DNA of 64,000 nucleotides from Barthelona sp. PCE (GCA_040285745.1 JAUFOR010000001.1:496001-560000), one strand, 5' to 3'; positions 42,281 to 54,600 are shown, numbered from the stretch's first letter. The notes: a model not told the origin generated them from the letters alone. Program-made: numbers and translations.

Positions 42281-43618
42281 ATGCGTGAAATCGTCCACAT
42301 TCAAGCCGGCCAGTGCGGTAACCAGATCGGTGGTAAGTTCTGGGAGACCATTGCTGATGAGCATGGTGTCGATCCTACTGGTTCCTATCAGGGTCAATCC
42401 GACCTCCAATTGGAGCGTATCAACGTTTACTTCAACGAAGCTGCCGGTGGCAAGTATGTCCCCCGTGCCGTTTTAGTTGATCTTGAGCCTGGTACTATGG
42501 ATTCCATTCGTGGTAACGCTTATGGCCATCTTTTCCGTCCCGATAACTTTATCTTCGGTCAGACCGGTGCCGGTAACAACTGGGCCAAGGGTCACTATAC
42601 CGAGGGTGCTGAGCTCATTGACTCCGTCCTCGATATCGTCCGTAAGGAGGCTGAGTCTTGCGACTGCCTTCAGGGTTTCCAGATCTGTCACTCTCTCGGT
42701 GGTGGTACTGGTGCCGGTATGGGTACCCTCCTCATTGCCAAGATCCGTGAGGAGTATCCCGATCGTCAAATGTGTACTTTCTCCGTCGTTCCTTCCCCCA
42801 AGGTTTCTGATACCGTCGTTGAGCCTTATAACTGTACTCTTTCTGTTCACCAGCTTACTGAGAACTCTGAAGAGACCATGTGTATCGATAACGAAGCTCT
42901 TTACGATATTTGTTTCCGTACCCTTAAGCTCACCACCCCTACCTATGGTGACCTCAACCACCTCGTTTCCATCGTTATGTCCGGTGTTACTTGCTGTCTC
43001 CGTTTCCCCGGTCAGCTCAACTCCGATCTCCGTAAGCTCGCTGTTAACTTGGTTCCTTATCCTCGTCTTCACTTCTTCATGGTTGGTTTCGCTCCCCTCA
43101 CTTCTCGTGGTTCTTCTGCCTACCGTCAGATCACTGTTCCCGAGCTCACTTCTCAGATGTTCCACTCTGGTAACATGATGGCTGCCTCTGATCCTCGTCA
43201 CGGTCGTTACTTGACCGCTTCCGCCCTCTTCCGTGGTCGTATGTCCTCCAAGGAGGTTGATGAGCAGATGCTTAACATCCAGAACAAGAACTCTTCTTAC
43301 TTCGTTGAGTGGATTCCCAACAACATCAAGTCTTCTATTTGTGACATTCCTCCTAAGGGTCTTAAGATGGGTGTTACCTTCATTGGTAACTCCACCTGTA
43401 TCCAGGAGCTCTTCAAGCGTGTCCACGATCAGTTCACCAAGATGTTCCGTCGTAAGGCATTCCTTCACTGGTACACTGGTGAGGGTATGGACGAGATGGA
43501 GTTCACCGAGGCTGAGTCCAACATGAACGATCTTGTTGCTGAATACCAACAGTACCAGGATGCCGTTGCTGAGGAGGAAGGCGAGTACGAAGAGGAGGAA
43601 GATGACTTCGAGTACTAA
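42281..43618 (+). CDS. TUBB: Beta-tubulin
   Basis: MREI start, GGGTGAGMG motif, acidic tail, strong codon bias. Confidence 0.99.
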   Translation: MREIVHIQAGQCGNQIGGKFWETIADEHGVDPTGSYQGQSDLQLERINVYFNEAAGGKYVPRAVLVDLEPGTMDSIRGNAYGHLFRPDNFIFGQTGAGNNWAKGHYTEGAELIDSVLDIVRKEAESCDCLQGFQICHSLGGGTGAGMGTLLIAKIREEYPDRQMCTFSVVPSPKVSDTVVEPYNCTLSVHQLTENSEETMCIDNEALYDICFRTLKLTTPTYGDLNHLVSIVMSGVTCCLRFPGQLNSDLRKLAVNLVPYPRLHFFMVGFAPLTSRGSSAYRQITVPELTSQMFHSGNMMAASDPRHGRYLTASALFRGRMSSKEVDEQMLNIQNKNSSYFVEWIPNNIKSSICDIPPKGLKMGVTFIGNSTCIQELFKRVHDQFTKMFRRKAFLHWYTGEGMDEMEFTEAESNMNDLVAEYQQYQDAVAEEEGEYEEEEDDFEY

Positions 43619-43681
43619 ACTTTGTGTTAAAAAACACTGTCACACTTTAATAAATTGTTTTTCACCATTTATTGCAGTTAA

Positions 43682-45592
43682 CTACTTTACAATACGGTAA
43701 ACAGCTTTTCCTGTTTGTAAAATGTGGCCTTCATAGTTCAACCGCTCAACAACATGATCAAATTCAGATTCAGCAATTCCTACACGTTTCGCCAGTTGCC
43801 AAATCTCATTACGGTTAGCTCTTCCACTTTCAATACGCTGAAGCAGTGAAAGTAACACCATTATCTTCTTTTTACGTGAGTTACGTGTTGTGTTGATCAA
43901 AATTGACTCCCAATATTTCGGTAGCTGCTCATGTGAAAATAGAGTGCATTTCATTAATGAAAGAATGTGCTTGATCATATCTTGGGTGACGCGGGTACGA
44001 GATAGTATGCGAGAGTAAGCTTGACAAAGTCGAAAAACACCTTCGATCAACCTTGGAGTTATGAGCGGTTGTCTCTTCTGTCCTACAGCGTTCAAGCATG
44101 CCCTCATACTATCTTCGACCTTGGAGAGGGAGGTATACCATGAGGTGAGCACACCAGCCGCAGCAGGATCGAAAGTAACCGGTTTCGATTCAATGGATAG
44201 GAGTCGCTGAAGATCACCCAAGACGTTTGTTGTTTTTTGAACCTTTGGGGCCATAAAGTCCGCCAAAATGACATCCACGTTGTCTTCCAATGAGGCAGCA
44301 TAATGTGCGACAATGTCAAAACGACTTATGAATGAACTTTTAATATCAAGATCCTCAATAGTAGTATCCGCGAAGCACAGCATTCCCACTCGGCAGGGGA
44401 GCACCGTGCCCGTTGGTGTGGAGACCTGCTGATACTCCATGACCGACTGTATATTGCACATTTGCTTCTTGCTGAGCAGGCGTACATTATCAATCACAAC
44501 AGTGCTTTCATCCAGAAGGGGGAGCGTTCCGGTGGTAAAAGGTGCCCTGCGCGACATTTCTGAAGGTAACATGTTTTTTTTTAATGTATCACCCGAAAGT
44601 TTCTTTATCTCTTTCAATGGAGAAATCGCTTCAACCATTCTGTTAATCACAGATTGCTGAGTCACCCCACCGAGGAAGAAATGTCCCGTATGTCGTCGCA
44701 GTGGATGACAACCCCCTATAGTCGATAACAAAAAGAGCTCTAAGATATTAGAACTAACTGGACATCCCCTGAAAACCTCTTCAACGAGGACTCCGACATC
44801 TATAGGCATTCTCCCGCCTAAGCGCATGGGAATAGTTGGGTCGACCACATACTGCCATCCCAAGACATAAGCACGAAGTTCATCCTCGTTGGGGAGAACT
44901 GCCACGAACCGTATGCGGCGGCCAGGCTTTGGTACATAGCAAACAAGCGTGACAGACAATGCTTTAACGTGATGTGCGACATCTGTAACACCGGCGTCAT
45001 AACAGAAGGAATAAGTTGCAGTTGTTGCGCTCATGTCAAATTGACGAGGGTCACACTGGTCTGCGTACCGTGAAAGGAGAGTTCCACATGGAAAGACACC
45101 ATTAGCAATGGTCCCTGTTCTAACCTCTTTTGTTTTTCCTGCTATGCAGCACAGCTCTGGTTTGTTGACATGTGACACCCTTCCATGTGATACGACAAGC
45201 CCCATTGTGTTGTTTGCTAAAATTGTTTGAATTGATGCATCAAGTTTGGCTGGTAGCATTGTAAACCAGCAATGCAGTGGTTTACGCACATCTTCTTCAA
45301 CAACAAGGTGCTTGAAGTGGATCAGGACCGCCTCATGGGCTGCCATTGTGATCATTATTATTAGTGTTGCCCAACATCCTATTGTTGAAAAAATTTTCTC
45401 AATAAGAGGATTGGAGAATAAATATGAGTAATTAACGTTGATCATGTTGTTTTCGACAAGCTCAGCATGGTGAAAAGCTTGTCGTTCTGAGAATATGTGA
45501 ATAAGCCCAATAAAAAGCTCTGTAATCTCTTCATTTGGAAGAATATGTTGTGGTTTGCTGTAGTAGTACTTAACACATGCGAATTGTGTCAT
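43682..45592 (-). CDS. Divergent MCM-family protein (MCM8-like) with degenerate ATPase motifs
   Basis: GTLPLLDESTVVID, arginine-finger SRFD, sensor-2 ITPRLIEGVFRL..A..R and a C-terminal winged helix (VVERLNYEGHILQTG). Confidence 0.7.
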   Translation of the reverse strand: MTQFACVKYYYSKPQHILPNEEITELFIGLIHIFSERQAFHHAELVENNMINVNYSYLFSNPLIEKIFSTIGCWATLIIMITMAAHEAVLIHFKHLVVEEDVRKPLHCWFTMLPAKLDASIQTILANNTMGLVVSHGRVSHVNKPELCCIAGKTKEVRTGTIANGVFPCGTLLSRYADQCDPRQFDMSATTATYSFCYDAGVTDVAHHVKALSVTLVCYVPKPGRRIRFVAVLPNEDELRAYVLGWQYVVDPTIPMRLGGRMPIDVGVLVEEVFRGCPVSSNILELFLLSTIGGCHPLRRHTGHFFLGGVTQQSVINRMVEAISPLKEIKKLSGDTLKKNMLPSEMSRRAPFTTGTLPLLDESTVVIDNVRLLSKKQMCNIQSVMEYQQVSTPTGTVLPCRVGMLCFADTTIEDLDIKSSFISRFDIVAHYAASLEDNVDVILADFMAPKVQKTTNVLGDLQRLLSIESKPVTFDPAAAGVLTSWYTSLSKVEDSMRACLNAVGQKRQPLITPRLIEGVFRLCQAYSRILSRTRVTQDMIKHILSLMKCTLFSHEQLPKYWESILINTTRNSRKKKIMVLLSLLQRIESGRANRNEIWQLAKRVGIAESEFDHVVERLNYEGHILQTGKAVYRIVK

Positions 45593-45675
45593 ATTATTGC
45601 ATCCATTTGTTTGGAAAGGGTAGTAAAAGCAAAACGAAACTTTGTTTAATTTACACTTATTACAGTAAGGATGGG

Positions 45676-46263
45676 TTAATCCATGTCATAGTAGTCGCTT
45701 TCATCATCTGTATTCATTTCAGCGACACAAGTAAAAAATAAAAGTTTAAACTTACGTCTGCTGTAAAAGAAATAGTTGAAACTCCAAATAGCATCTACCA
45801 ATGGGTCGTCTATCTCGTCAGGTTTATACGAAAAGATCTCACATTCCTCAGACATCAGCGATCTTATGATGTTCCATAGCTGCTGCGAGATGCTAGCATA
45901 CTCCGTTCCCATTGCACTACTCAGCAGACTGTTGATGTCACGGGCCACGTTCTCCCAGGAGTCGAGGTCGAACTGGTCCGGGCTCACCGTCGAAAAGTCG
46001 TAATCTGTGAAAGTTTGAGCCAGGACGGTTGTGAGATGGCTTAGTGTTGCCTCATTGTCGATGGCGCTGTTTGTGAAGGAGAGTCCTGATATATTGACGT
46101 CTCTGTATGACATCTGTTCATCCAGAGAATGACTCACTCGGTAGGAATGCGAATTTCTGGTTGAGTAATATTCCAAGCTAGTTTTGATCTTAAGATCTGA
46201 TTCTGTCACAAAGGTGAGGTCATTGGACAGCTTCAAAAGTTCCCCATTTGCTATAAACTGCAT
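45676..46263 (-). CDS. MAF1: Repressor of RNA polymerase III transcription Maf1
   Basis: TL..L...L..TF.DYDFS, CEIFSY.PD...DP and IWSFNYFFYSRRK..LLFF.C. Confidence 0.9.
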   Translation of the reverse strand: MQFIANGELLKLSNDLTFVTESDLKIKTSLEYYSTRNSHSYRVSHSLDEQMSYRDVNISGLSFTNSAIDNEATLSHLTTVLAQTFTDYDFSTVSPDQFDLDSWENVARDINSLLSSAMGTEYASISQQLWNIIRSLMSEECEIFSYKPDEIDDPLVDAIWSFNYFFYSRRKFKLLFFTCVAEMNTDDESDYYDMD

Positions 46264-46618
46264 GTTATAAAAATAAAAGTCAATTTGCTTAGGAAGGCGT
46301 TGTTTTGCTGGTATAAAAACTCAAGCGCTACAAATAACAAGCGTTACTTTGGTTTAAGACTGCAAAAAAACAGCAGAAATGTATATCAAGAAATAATTCA
46401 CTACTTCATATTTCGCATTCATTACCACTGTTGCATCCGTTGTAGCACCTTCAATCAAGCATTTCTACCTTTATTTTAACAATTAGATAATTGGTGTTTC
46501 ACAAACTGAATAATTTTTTGTTTACTGTTCTGCAATTTCGTTTCGTTCACTACAGCTTACCCATCACGTGTAACGTCAGAACATATATGAGTATAATAGA
46601 ACCCATTAATAAAGCTAC

Positions 46619-47485
46619 TTACATAAGTTCAATTCTTGGTTTAATGAAATTACCGTCTTCATCACAGTGTGGGTACTCCAGCTTTCCCTCAACCGCGTCC
46701 AGTCTTAAATTATAAATACCTTTACCCAAACGAACAATTTCACCTACACCAGTATCAATTTCGATAATTTCTGTGTCTTCAATATTAAAAAAGAAGGTAC
46801 GCATGACGTTCAAACGTGGAGGATAACACTCCAATGGTCTTTTTTGATTTTTATCTTTAATCTTAAACGCACTTAACAAAGAACCGTACATGTTCTGATT
46901 AGCTTGATTATCAATAGCAGAATACATTGTTACTTGATAGTAATCCATCTTTAGAGCACCTAAACTACTCAAAAATTCAGATTCTGCTTTGTGAAGAAAT
47001 TTTATAATTGAATTTGGGTTTTTATACTTTTTAAAATACAAATATTCATAATAATAATAATTCCAGTTTTTCCTCAACTTCTCCATCCGTACTCTAAGGA
47101 ACTTTGTTAATAAATATTTTGTTTTAAACAGATCAAGAAAGTAAATTGAAGAGAAGCTCTGTAAAAGTGTGTTATGTTCATGATTCTGGTTGTTAAATGT
47201 CTGTAAATCGAGCTGTGTTTCCTGTTCCTGAACGTATTTAGTGTATGACTTGAAGTCACGCTCAGGAAAAGGCAAGATTAATGGGTGTAACTGTTCGTAC
47301 CGTAATGAACTAGTAAAAAGCTCATACAAAGGGTGTGGTTGCGGCATTATCTGCTGACTTGACTGGCTCTCGGACGGTGTTAACTCAAAACCATGGATAT
47401 TGTGCCTAGTATCTACGTTTGATGACATATACCCATCATATGGTGTGTTTCCCGTGGATAAGGATGGAGCATCAAATGGATCCAT
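46619..47485 (-). CDS. SLD5: Probable GINS complex subunit Sld5 (GINS4)
   Basis: YEQLHPLILPF (cf. NE..SPELLPY) and LDLFKTKYLL..FLRVRMEKL (cf. ELER.K...SYLR.RL.KI). Confidence 0.6.
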   Translation of the reverse strand: MDPFDAPSLSTGNTPYDGYMSSNVDTRHNIHGFELTPSESQSSQQIMPQPHPLYELFTSSLRYEQLHPLILPFPERDFKSYTKYVQEQETQLDLQTFNNQNHEHNTLLQSFSSIYFLDLFKTKYLLTKFLRVRMEKLRKNWNYYYYEYLYFKKYKNPNSIIKFLHKAESEFLSSLGALKMDYYQVTMYSAIDNQANQNMYGSLLSAFKIKDKNQKRPLECYPPRLNVMRTFFFNIEDTEIIEIDTGVGEIVRLGKGIYNLRLDAVEGKLEYPHCDEDGNFIKPRIELM

Positions 47486-47538
47486 CGATAACTAAAGCCC
47501 CAATATGTGATAAAGTTATTAAATTCTTAAACATACAA

Positions 47539-48213
47539 ATGAGTTATGTTTCTGGAAACGGGCGTTTCAAGTTTGAGCGGAAATACAACGGGGTTAAGGT
47601 TTTCACTGCAGAGGGGACTGTTTTAAAGGAAATTGATATTGGTTATGATTATTCATACTTTTACTCATCATATGATGGACTCTCACTATTTTTCGGAATG
47701 CACTACCAGTTCATAATCGTTGGTACGATGACTGGAAAGACTATAATTGATTCAGCAGACACTAGACTTGGTGAAGAAGAAGTATATGGTATGTACATAA
47801 CGCCAGCTTTTGACCGTTTGTTAGTTGCAAACATGTGCGGTCAGATGCAATTCTATGACATTGATGTTATTGAGAAGACGTATAAGTTGATCATTGAGGA
47901 GAAAGTAGATATGGTATCGGTTCTTGTTGAGTGTGGGTATGATGATTACGCCCTGTCATTTGACGACTATAATGGGCGCCCCAGGTGCTATCTATGTAAT
48001 TTATTGGAGTGTACTGTCACCGAAATAGATTGTCCACATAATATTGACGTGTGGCAATTAGAAAATGTTGGAAAAAGTCATTTTAAAATGGTGGATCCTT
48101 CAAACAGCGAGTTTACACGTGTTTATTCATTTGATTTGGTTACTAAAAATGTGAATGTAACTTGTATTCTTGCAAAAAATTTTTACACAATTAATGAAGA
48201 TATGCTCATTTAG
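47539..48213 (+). CDS. Hypothetical beta-rich protein
   Basis: Probable ATG at 47539 (MSYVSG). Its stop overlaps the stop of the convergent transporter gene. Confidence 0.6.
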   Translation: MSYVSGNGRFKFERKYNGVKVFTAEGTVLKEIDIGYDYSYFYSSYDGLSLFFGMHYQFIIVGTMTGKTIIDSADTRLGEEEVYGMYITPAFDRLLVANMCGQMQFYDIDVIEKTYKLIIEEKVDMVSVLVECGYDDYALSFDDYNGRPRCYLCNLLECTVTEIDCPHNIDVWQLENVGKSHFKMVDPSNSEFTRVYSFDLVTKNVNVTCILAKNFYTINEDMLI

Positions 48214-49298
48214 ACTGAAGCCTCAAGTTGCTTTTCCTCGTCTTTGGTTTCCCCCGTACCTTTATGGTACTGATGGAAGCTGAACAGAAGCAGAACAAAA
48301 CCTGCTCCTTCTAACCATGTCCACTCACACAATTTCTCACCAAGTTTACCACTGACGACATAGTGGAGGAACAAGTTGAACAGGAACAGGAAGAAAGAAC
48401 GTCCACCTTCGAATAGAGTCTTGAACAATGGAGAGAAAGCAATAACAATCTTAAGACCAAAGAAGTTAAGACCGATGCAACCAATACAATAGAGAACGGT
48501 CAACAGGACGAGGATGGGGCTGTGTTTGAGCTGGGTGAGGGTGTCGATGTGATCTTCACCCAAAACAGTACCTTTTAGCATTTGTGTTATAGGGACAAAG
48601 AAGAAGAACATGAAGGCGGTTCCAAACACACCCTCACTGAAGACTACCCTCTGGGCAGTGACATCTGCACCCTTTAGCAGATAGCCTTCATAGACAACCT
48701 GTGTACCATGACCAATTTGGCTGATAAAGACTAGGAGAATGCCAACGGAGACCATAAATGTATCAGTCTTCTTACTATCTCCACCAGAACTGGATGCCAT
48801 TACTGATGAGAATCCAACGGAAGCAAGTGAAATGAATGCCATAACAACAGCTAAAAGTTGACGCCTGCTTTTACGGGGTAGACCAAGTTTTTTGTAGAGA
48901 ATAGATTCGAGAATATAAGTGAAAATAATTGAACTCCCCTTGAGAATTTGTACGATAGTTGCTGGTATTTGAAATACTAAAAGACCAATATCAGCTAAAG
49001 TTGTACTGAATAAATCCAAGAAGGCAGGGAATGCATAAGCACTGAAAGGAATTTGTTTCTTTTGCTTCTTTGGAGCGAGTAATAAAGAAAACTCCTCAGA
49101 TTTTTCAGATTTTTTTAGGAATAGTCCCATAACTGTTTGACTCATGAACATTGTCAAAGTAAAGAACCAGGGCTTATCGAAGTGTATGCCACCTGATGCA
49201 ACATACTTGAGGTTGGCACTAATTTTCATGGTTGACATTGTGATGATACCACTTATGAAAAAAAATGTTATGTATAGTGCAGTCTTATATTTGGTCAT
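48210..49298 (-). CDS. DMT-superfamily transporter (SLC35F6-like)
   Basis: ~10 hydrophobic segments; FDKPWF..L.MF, PAFLDL..T.L, QILKGS.IIF and EGVFG. Probable ATG at 49298. Confidence 0.8.
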   Translation of the reverse strand: MTKYKTALYITFFFISGIITMSTMKISANLKYVASGGIHFDKPWFFTLTMFMSQTVMGLFLKKSEKSEEFSLLLAPKKQKKQIPFSAYAFPAFLDLFSTTLADIGLLVFQIPATIVQILKGSSIIFTYILESILYKKLGLPRKSRRQLLAVVMAFISLASVGFSSVMASSSGGDSKKTDTFMVSVGILLVFISQIGHGTQVVYEGYLLKGADVTAQRVVFSEGVFGTAFMFFFFVPITQMLKGTVLGEDHIDTLTQLKHSPILVLLTVLYCIGCIGLNFFGLKIVIAFSPLFKTLFEGGRSFFLFLFNLFLHYVVSGKLGEKLCEWTWLEGAGFVLLLFSFHQYHKGTGETKDEEKQLEASV

Positions 49299-49952
49299 TT
49301 TAAAGTTTCTAGATGAGAAGGATAGAAAAGGTAAAGTAAGAAAGTTGAAATAAAATATTATTTGAGAGTCTGTCCAGACTGTCCAATTTGGTTGATTAGT
49401 TTGTCCATTTTGACCCTTGTGCTTCTCTTTCTTTTTTGAACTTTCTGTTCGGATTTTCGCACTCAATGAATGTACTTCAGTGTGTCTAGCTGCTTTAAAA
49501 TTTTGCTACAATATTTTTTGAGCAAAAACTTGTATATTTTTTAAATATGCATTTATGGGACATTAAGTTGCGTCTCTCTAGCTTGTTTTGAGCCTATAGG
49601 GTGTTCGTTCCATTCAGTCTCTAGAATCTAAACGTTTTATTCTTAATGATATTTTTTGTGTAGTTGCACAGTTTGTACAGTATTTCAATCTGCGATTGAG
49701 GTGAAAAGCTCCTCTTTACAAGAGATACAATGGTTTAATAAATGATATTTGTAAAGCTAAAGGTTTTTGATGTTTCAAAGAATTGCTGGTAACTATAGAA
49801 GATTTAAGAATCTTTTTCGAGCGCACAGCCGAATGCAGACCTTTTCAAGAAAGGATATACATCGTACGATGATTCATCGCGTTTTAGCATTTTGAACCTT
49901 GTCTCAACGCGTTTTAAGCTTTTAACACACTTAGAAGAGCCTAGACTGAAAG

Positions 49953-51383
49953 ATGGCACCAAAGAAGAATAAGAAGAACAAGAAGAAGACTAAGAAGACC
50001 GATTCCGCCGTAGAAGGAATCGATTATGAGAAGATTCTTAGTGAAAAGGAGGCACAGATCAACGATCTCACCGAGCAGCTGCTGGAGTCTGAACAACAAC
50101 GTAATTTCATGCAGTTGGGTAGAGACCGTTTGGAAAATATCGTTAACATCAAGCAGAAGGAGGTTGACAAGCACAAAGCCCTGTTGCGCGTGCGTGATCG
50201 CGAGGCAGAGGAAGCTCAGGAAGATTTTAAGACGAGACTGATGCTGTATAAGCAACACAGTCATCATCTTATGTTTGAGTATCAAAATAACCAAGCTCTT
50301 CAGAAGAAACAGCACGAGGAGGACCTGCGTCTTCAATCTGCGGAATACAGGAAGCGCGAAACCGCCCTCAAGAGCGAGATTCAGAAATTGAAGACTTTGC
50401 TCAGAGAACAACAGGTTTCTCATGATGAATCCACACGTACACTGATGCAGAACTTCGATAAGAACGTCACTGCGCTGCGTATCCAGCATCTTGAGCGTAT
50501 CCAACAGATGACGGGTAAATACGAGCAACGCCTTAACGTTCAGCGTCAAGAGCTTGAAGATCGTCTCAAGAACGAGCTGCTCGAGCTGGAGGACAGAAAG
50601 AATGAGCATATCGGTCAGCTGATGAGGCAACACGAAGAGTCGTTCATTGAGATTAAGACTTATTATAGTGATATCACGAGGAATAACCTGAGCATGATCA
50701 AGACTTTTAAGAACAAGGTTGAAGAGCAGAAGAAGCAGGAGATCATCCATGAGAAGCTTATCTTTGAACTCGCACAGGATAATAAGAGGTTGAAAGAACC
50801 ATTGGATAAATCTATGAAGGAGGTTGAAAGATTAAAGAGTAAGTTGAATACCTATGAGAAAGATAAGCAGTCGTTGAAGAATACTAAGCGTAGGTTGCAC
50901 GCATCTGAGAAATCACTTAAACAAATTGAGTGGGAATATGAGGTGTTGGAACAGCGTTTCCAGAAGTTGCAAGAGAACCGTGATCAATTGTATGATCGCT
51001 TTGAATCTCTTGTGTATGCTGTTCAACAGCGTGCCGGTGTGCAGAACATTGTTTTAACTAAGAAGTTAGAATCTTTAAAGACAGAGTTGGAGAAGAGAGA
51101 CGTGCAGTTGTCTGAGATATTACAAGTTAGTGGCATGCCTATGCCTGATCAGCACAATGACTTCAACGATGCAAATAACGTCATTACGCTCAAGAACCAG
51201 ACGATTGTAACATTAGAGAAGGAAGTAGCAACAGTTACAAAGAGATATAATGATTTTGTTAATGTTATGGAGGCTAAACTTCAAGAATATGGAATTCCTG
51301 TTGAAGAATTAGGTTTCAAGCCTGTTCTCTTGGAGTCTGTGGAACAGACTACCGCACCCGCCAATCTGGTGACAACAATGTAG
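49953..51383 (+). CDS. DRC4: Dynein regulatory complex subunit 4 (GAS8/trypanin)
   Basis: MAPKK start, RNFMQLGRD, EIKTYYSDITRNNLSMIK and YGIPVEELGFKP. Confidence 0.92.
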   Translation: MAPKKNKKNKKKTKKTDSAVEGIDYEKILSEKEAQINDLTEQLLESEQQRNFMQLGRDRLENIVNIKQKEVDKHKALLRVRDREAEEAQEDFKTRLMLYKQHSHHLMFEYQNNQALQKKQHEEDLRLQSAEYRKRETALKSEIQKLKTLLREQQVSHDESTRTLMQNFDKNVTALRIQHLERIQQMTGKYEQRLNVQRQELEDRLKNELLELEDRKNEHIGQLMRQHEESFIEIKTYYSDITRNNLSMIKTFKNKVEEQKKQEIIHEKLIFELAQDNKRLKEPLDKSMKEVERLKSKLNTYEKDKQSLKNTKRRLHASEKSLKQIEWEYEVLEQRFQKLQENRDQLYDRFESLVYAVQQRAGVQNIVLTKKLESLKTELEKRDVQLSEILQVSGMPMPDQHNDFNDANNVITLKNQTIVTLEKEVATVTKRYNDFVNVMEAKLQEYGIPVEELGFKPVLLESVEQTTAPANLVTTM

Positions 51384-51661
51384 ATGTATGTAAAATGCCA
51401 AGTTTTCTTGTTTTTCTTTGTAATTTAGTTGTTGTTTGTTGTGCATCCGGTTGAAAAAATTCACATTTCCCGTGATTCACACAGTTACTAGCCTCAAAAA
51501 TAAAGAGATTATACAGCAAGAAGATTTGTATTCTTAGGCAGAGAAATACCCAGTTTTTTTTTATACACAGGCGGGCACTGTGTCAAAAAACACCTGTAGA
51601 ACCTTGCCTAATTTGATTTAAACAACATTGCGAATTCTATTTTCTCACCTTTATCTTTGCA

Positions 51662-54600
51662 ATGAGTCTTGTTTTGAGGAAGCTAGTGCTTCACAATTTC
51701 AAGTCATACAGGGGAACGCACGAGATTGGCCCGTTTAACGATTTTACTGCGATTATTGGACCTAACGGTAGCGGAAAGAGTAATATTCTTGATGCAATAT
51801 CGTTCACATTCACGTTGAACAGCTCATACCTGCGCTGCAACAATCTTGTTGAACTTATTCACAACCCAACAGCTTTGGATGAGTCTCAAGACTTTTTTGA
51901 GGAGATTCGTTCTTGTTCTGTTGAAGCTGAACTCTTCAACAACGATACTAAGGTCGCAACGATGCTTAGCCGCACCCTGCGCCATAATGGTAACTCAACT
52001 TATGCAGTTGATGGAAAGCGTCATTCGAAGAAGGAATACGTTGATATTCTTGAATCTATGGCCATTTTCCCCACAATCAACAACTTCATTGTATTCCAGG
52101 GCCAAGTTTCAACGGTCAGTCACTTTGATCCAACCCAGCTGACAGAGATTTTTGAGAAGGTCAGCGGCAGTGGGCAGTTAAAAGAGGAGTACGACTCCCT
52201 CATGGCAGAGCAAGAGGCATTCACCATAGAGACACTCAACTATCGCAGAGAGTTCAAGGATATCGAGCAAGAAGCCCGTTATTATAAGGAGATGGAGGCA
52301 AAGAACCGTGAGATAGCAAATATCAAAGCGGAGATTGCTGACACCGTACTCACCAAGGCTGTGTTCAGCCTCGCTTTTTACAAGAATGTTATCGATTCTG
52401 CAAAGGGAGAGCTAGAAAAGGCTAGATATGATTTGGAGGTTGCGAATCAGTCGCAGCTTGATTTCTCCATGGAGATGAAGGATCTGAGCATCAGCGTAGA
52501 GACACTTGCGAAGAAGACGACAAAGAGCGCTGGTGAGATTAAGAGTCTGAAACGTATGAGGCACAGGACCGAACGTGAGTTGCAAAGATCGAAGCAGACT
52601 GTTGGGACTGTTGAGTTATCAATCAAGTCTCTTAACAGAGAGATGGAGCAGTTAGCTAGTGGTAAGAATACAGCTGAACTTGAAGTTGCGTCACTTGAAG
52701 AACTCATTGCCGCTGTTGAGACCGATATTGCTGAGCTCAAGGATCAATACAATGAGAAAGTCGGTAGTGCCAGCGCTATCTTCCAAGATGAGGCGCTCTT
52801 GAACCAATTCGATGAATTGTGTCAGGAGGCCAACATTCTATCGTTGGAGAAACGCAGGGAACTGGAGAGAAACGATGCTGTTCTCAGATCATTGCGTCAG
52901 AGCTTGATACAGACGCGTGGATCTCTTTCAGCGTTTAACGAGAAAAAGTATCGGGGCGCCATCAAACGTGATTCTATTTTGAAGGAGATGGCAACCAAGC
53001 GCACAAAGTTAACTACAGCGCATGAGGAATTGCGCGCAGCTGATTCCGCAGTCAATAACCGTACGAATACCGTTGCAGAGCTGATTTCTGAGCGAAATCG
53101 GTTAGAGTACCATAAGGACAGCATAAATCAAGAAATATCATCGCAAAAGATCAGTAAGAGCGAGTTTAATCGCCGCAGAAAACGCGTACAAACACTGGGT
53201 ATCCTCAAACGGGTATTCTCTGGAGTACGTGGCGTTCTAACGGATCTAATCACTCCCGTTAGTGAAGAATACCAACTGGCAATACAGGTTGCACTTGGAA
53301 GACACGTGAGTTCGGTTGTTGTGGACACCATTGACACTGCGCTTGCATGCGCAGCACACCTCCGTCTCAAGCGCCTGCCACCAATGACTTTCTTACCCAT
53401 CGAATCGATAGAAGACTTTGAGGCAAGCCATCATTTGTTCCACCTTACCAAATCCCTTGAGCTGATGAACGAGGATGATATGGCCTCTGCTTTCGATGGC
53501 TGTGTTCTTGCACATGAATGTTTGGAATGCGAAGAAGGAGTTGAAAAAGTTGTTCGTTTTGCCCTGAAGGATTGCATGATCTGTCCAGACATGCGCACCG
53601 CCAGGGTTGTGGCGTACGCCCGCCCACCTGACGTTGCCAACATATTCAAGGGACTCGGTATCCCCAATAAGGTGCGCACGGTAACGGTTGACGGTCGCAT
53701 GATTCAGAAATCTGGAGTCCTGTCTGTTGGTTTGGGCTCCTTCGCCGCGTCCAATAGTTTTGACGAGGAACGCCTTGTGAATCTGATGAATGATCTCACG
53801 GGTGTGGAGGCAGATATTGTGTCGGTCAGAGAACGTATCTCCAGGGTGCCTGACGAGAGCGAGGCGGCCGACGTACAGCGCAGGTGTGTTGTCAATGTGG
53901 CCAGCATTGAGGGAGAGATTCAGATGCTCTCCGACAAATGCGAGCGCGAAAACGCTGCTCTGGAGCGCTTTGACTCGGAGGTACAACGCCTCACAGACCA
54001 GATGCAGCACTGTGAATCGGAGATAAGTGCGAAGGAGGACGACCGAGTATCTCTTTTGCAGGAAATCGAAGGAATTGAGGAGGCTGTGTTTGGTCAGCTT
54101 AGCCAGACGGATGTCGATCTCGTTGAGATCAGGCGCGTCCAGCTTTCCAGGGAGGAGATCGAAAGCGAGTACAAGACGGAAATGGCCCAGCTTAATGAAA
54201 AAAGGGCTCAACACGCACAACGTCTTCAATTTGCCCGATCTGCGCTTCTTAACGCTGATGTAGCGGAGAGATTTGCACGCCGTCTCAGCAAGCGCCAGTC
54301 ACGTCTCAGACAAGCTAACTCCGACCTTGTGACGTACACGGCCGAGCTTCGCGAGCTGGATGCCAAGTTGTTGGATGAAAGCAAGATTTACAAGAGCTCT
54401 AAGCAGCGCTACAGACAGGCTCTACAGTCACTCGATAGCTTCAAACTGCATGTGACACAGAACATCACGCGCATGTCCACGCTACAACACGGTGTATGCG
54501 AGTACGAGGCTGTCATACTTGATAGTCGACTGCGTTGTTCATCCATTTTGCGCAAGATGGAGATTCCCAATACTTCTGAGGGCTTTGTGCGCTTAAGAGA

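Noticed and set aside
42473-43549. 358-aa antisense ORF within beta-tubulin (also 49941-50750, 53393-54229 and 8031-8780)
   Set aside because: These are shadow ORFs produced by codon bias of the sense genes, with no recognisable motifs.
49299-49466. N-terminal extensions from non-ATG starts in the ORF track (also 15643, 19624, 23765, 25397, 47419, 57385)
   Set aside because: This is a eukaryotic context, the extensions are AT-rich intergenic-like sequence, and the first in-frame ATG was preferred.
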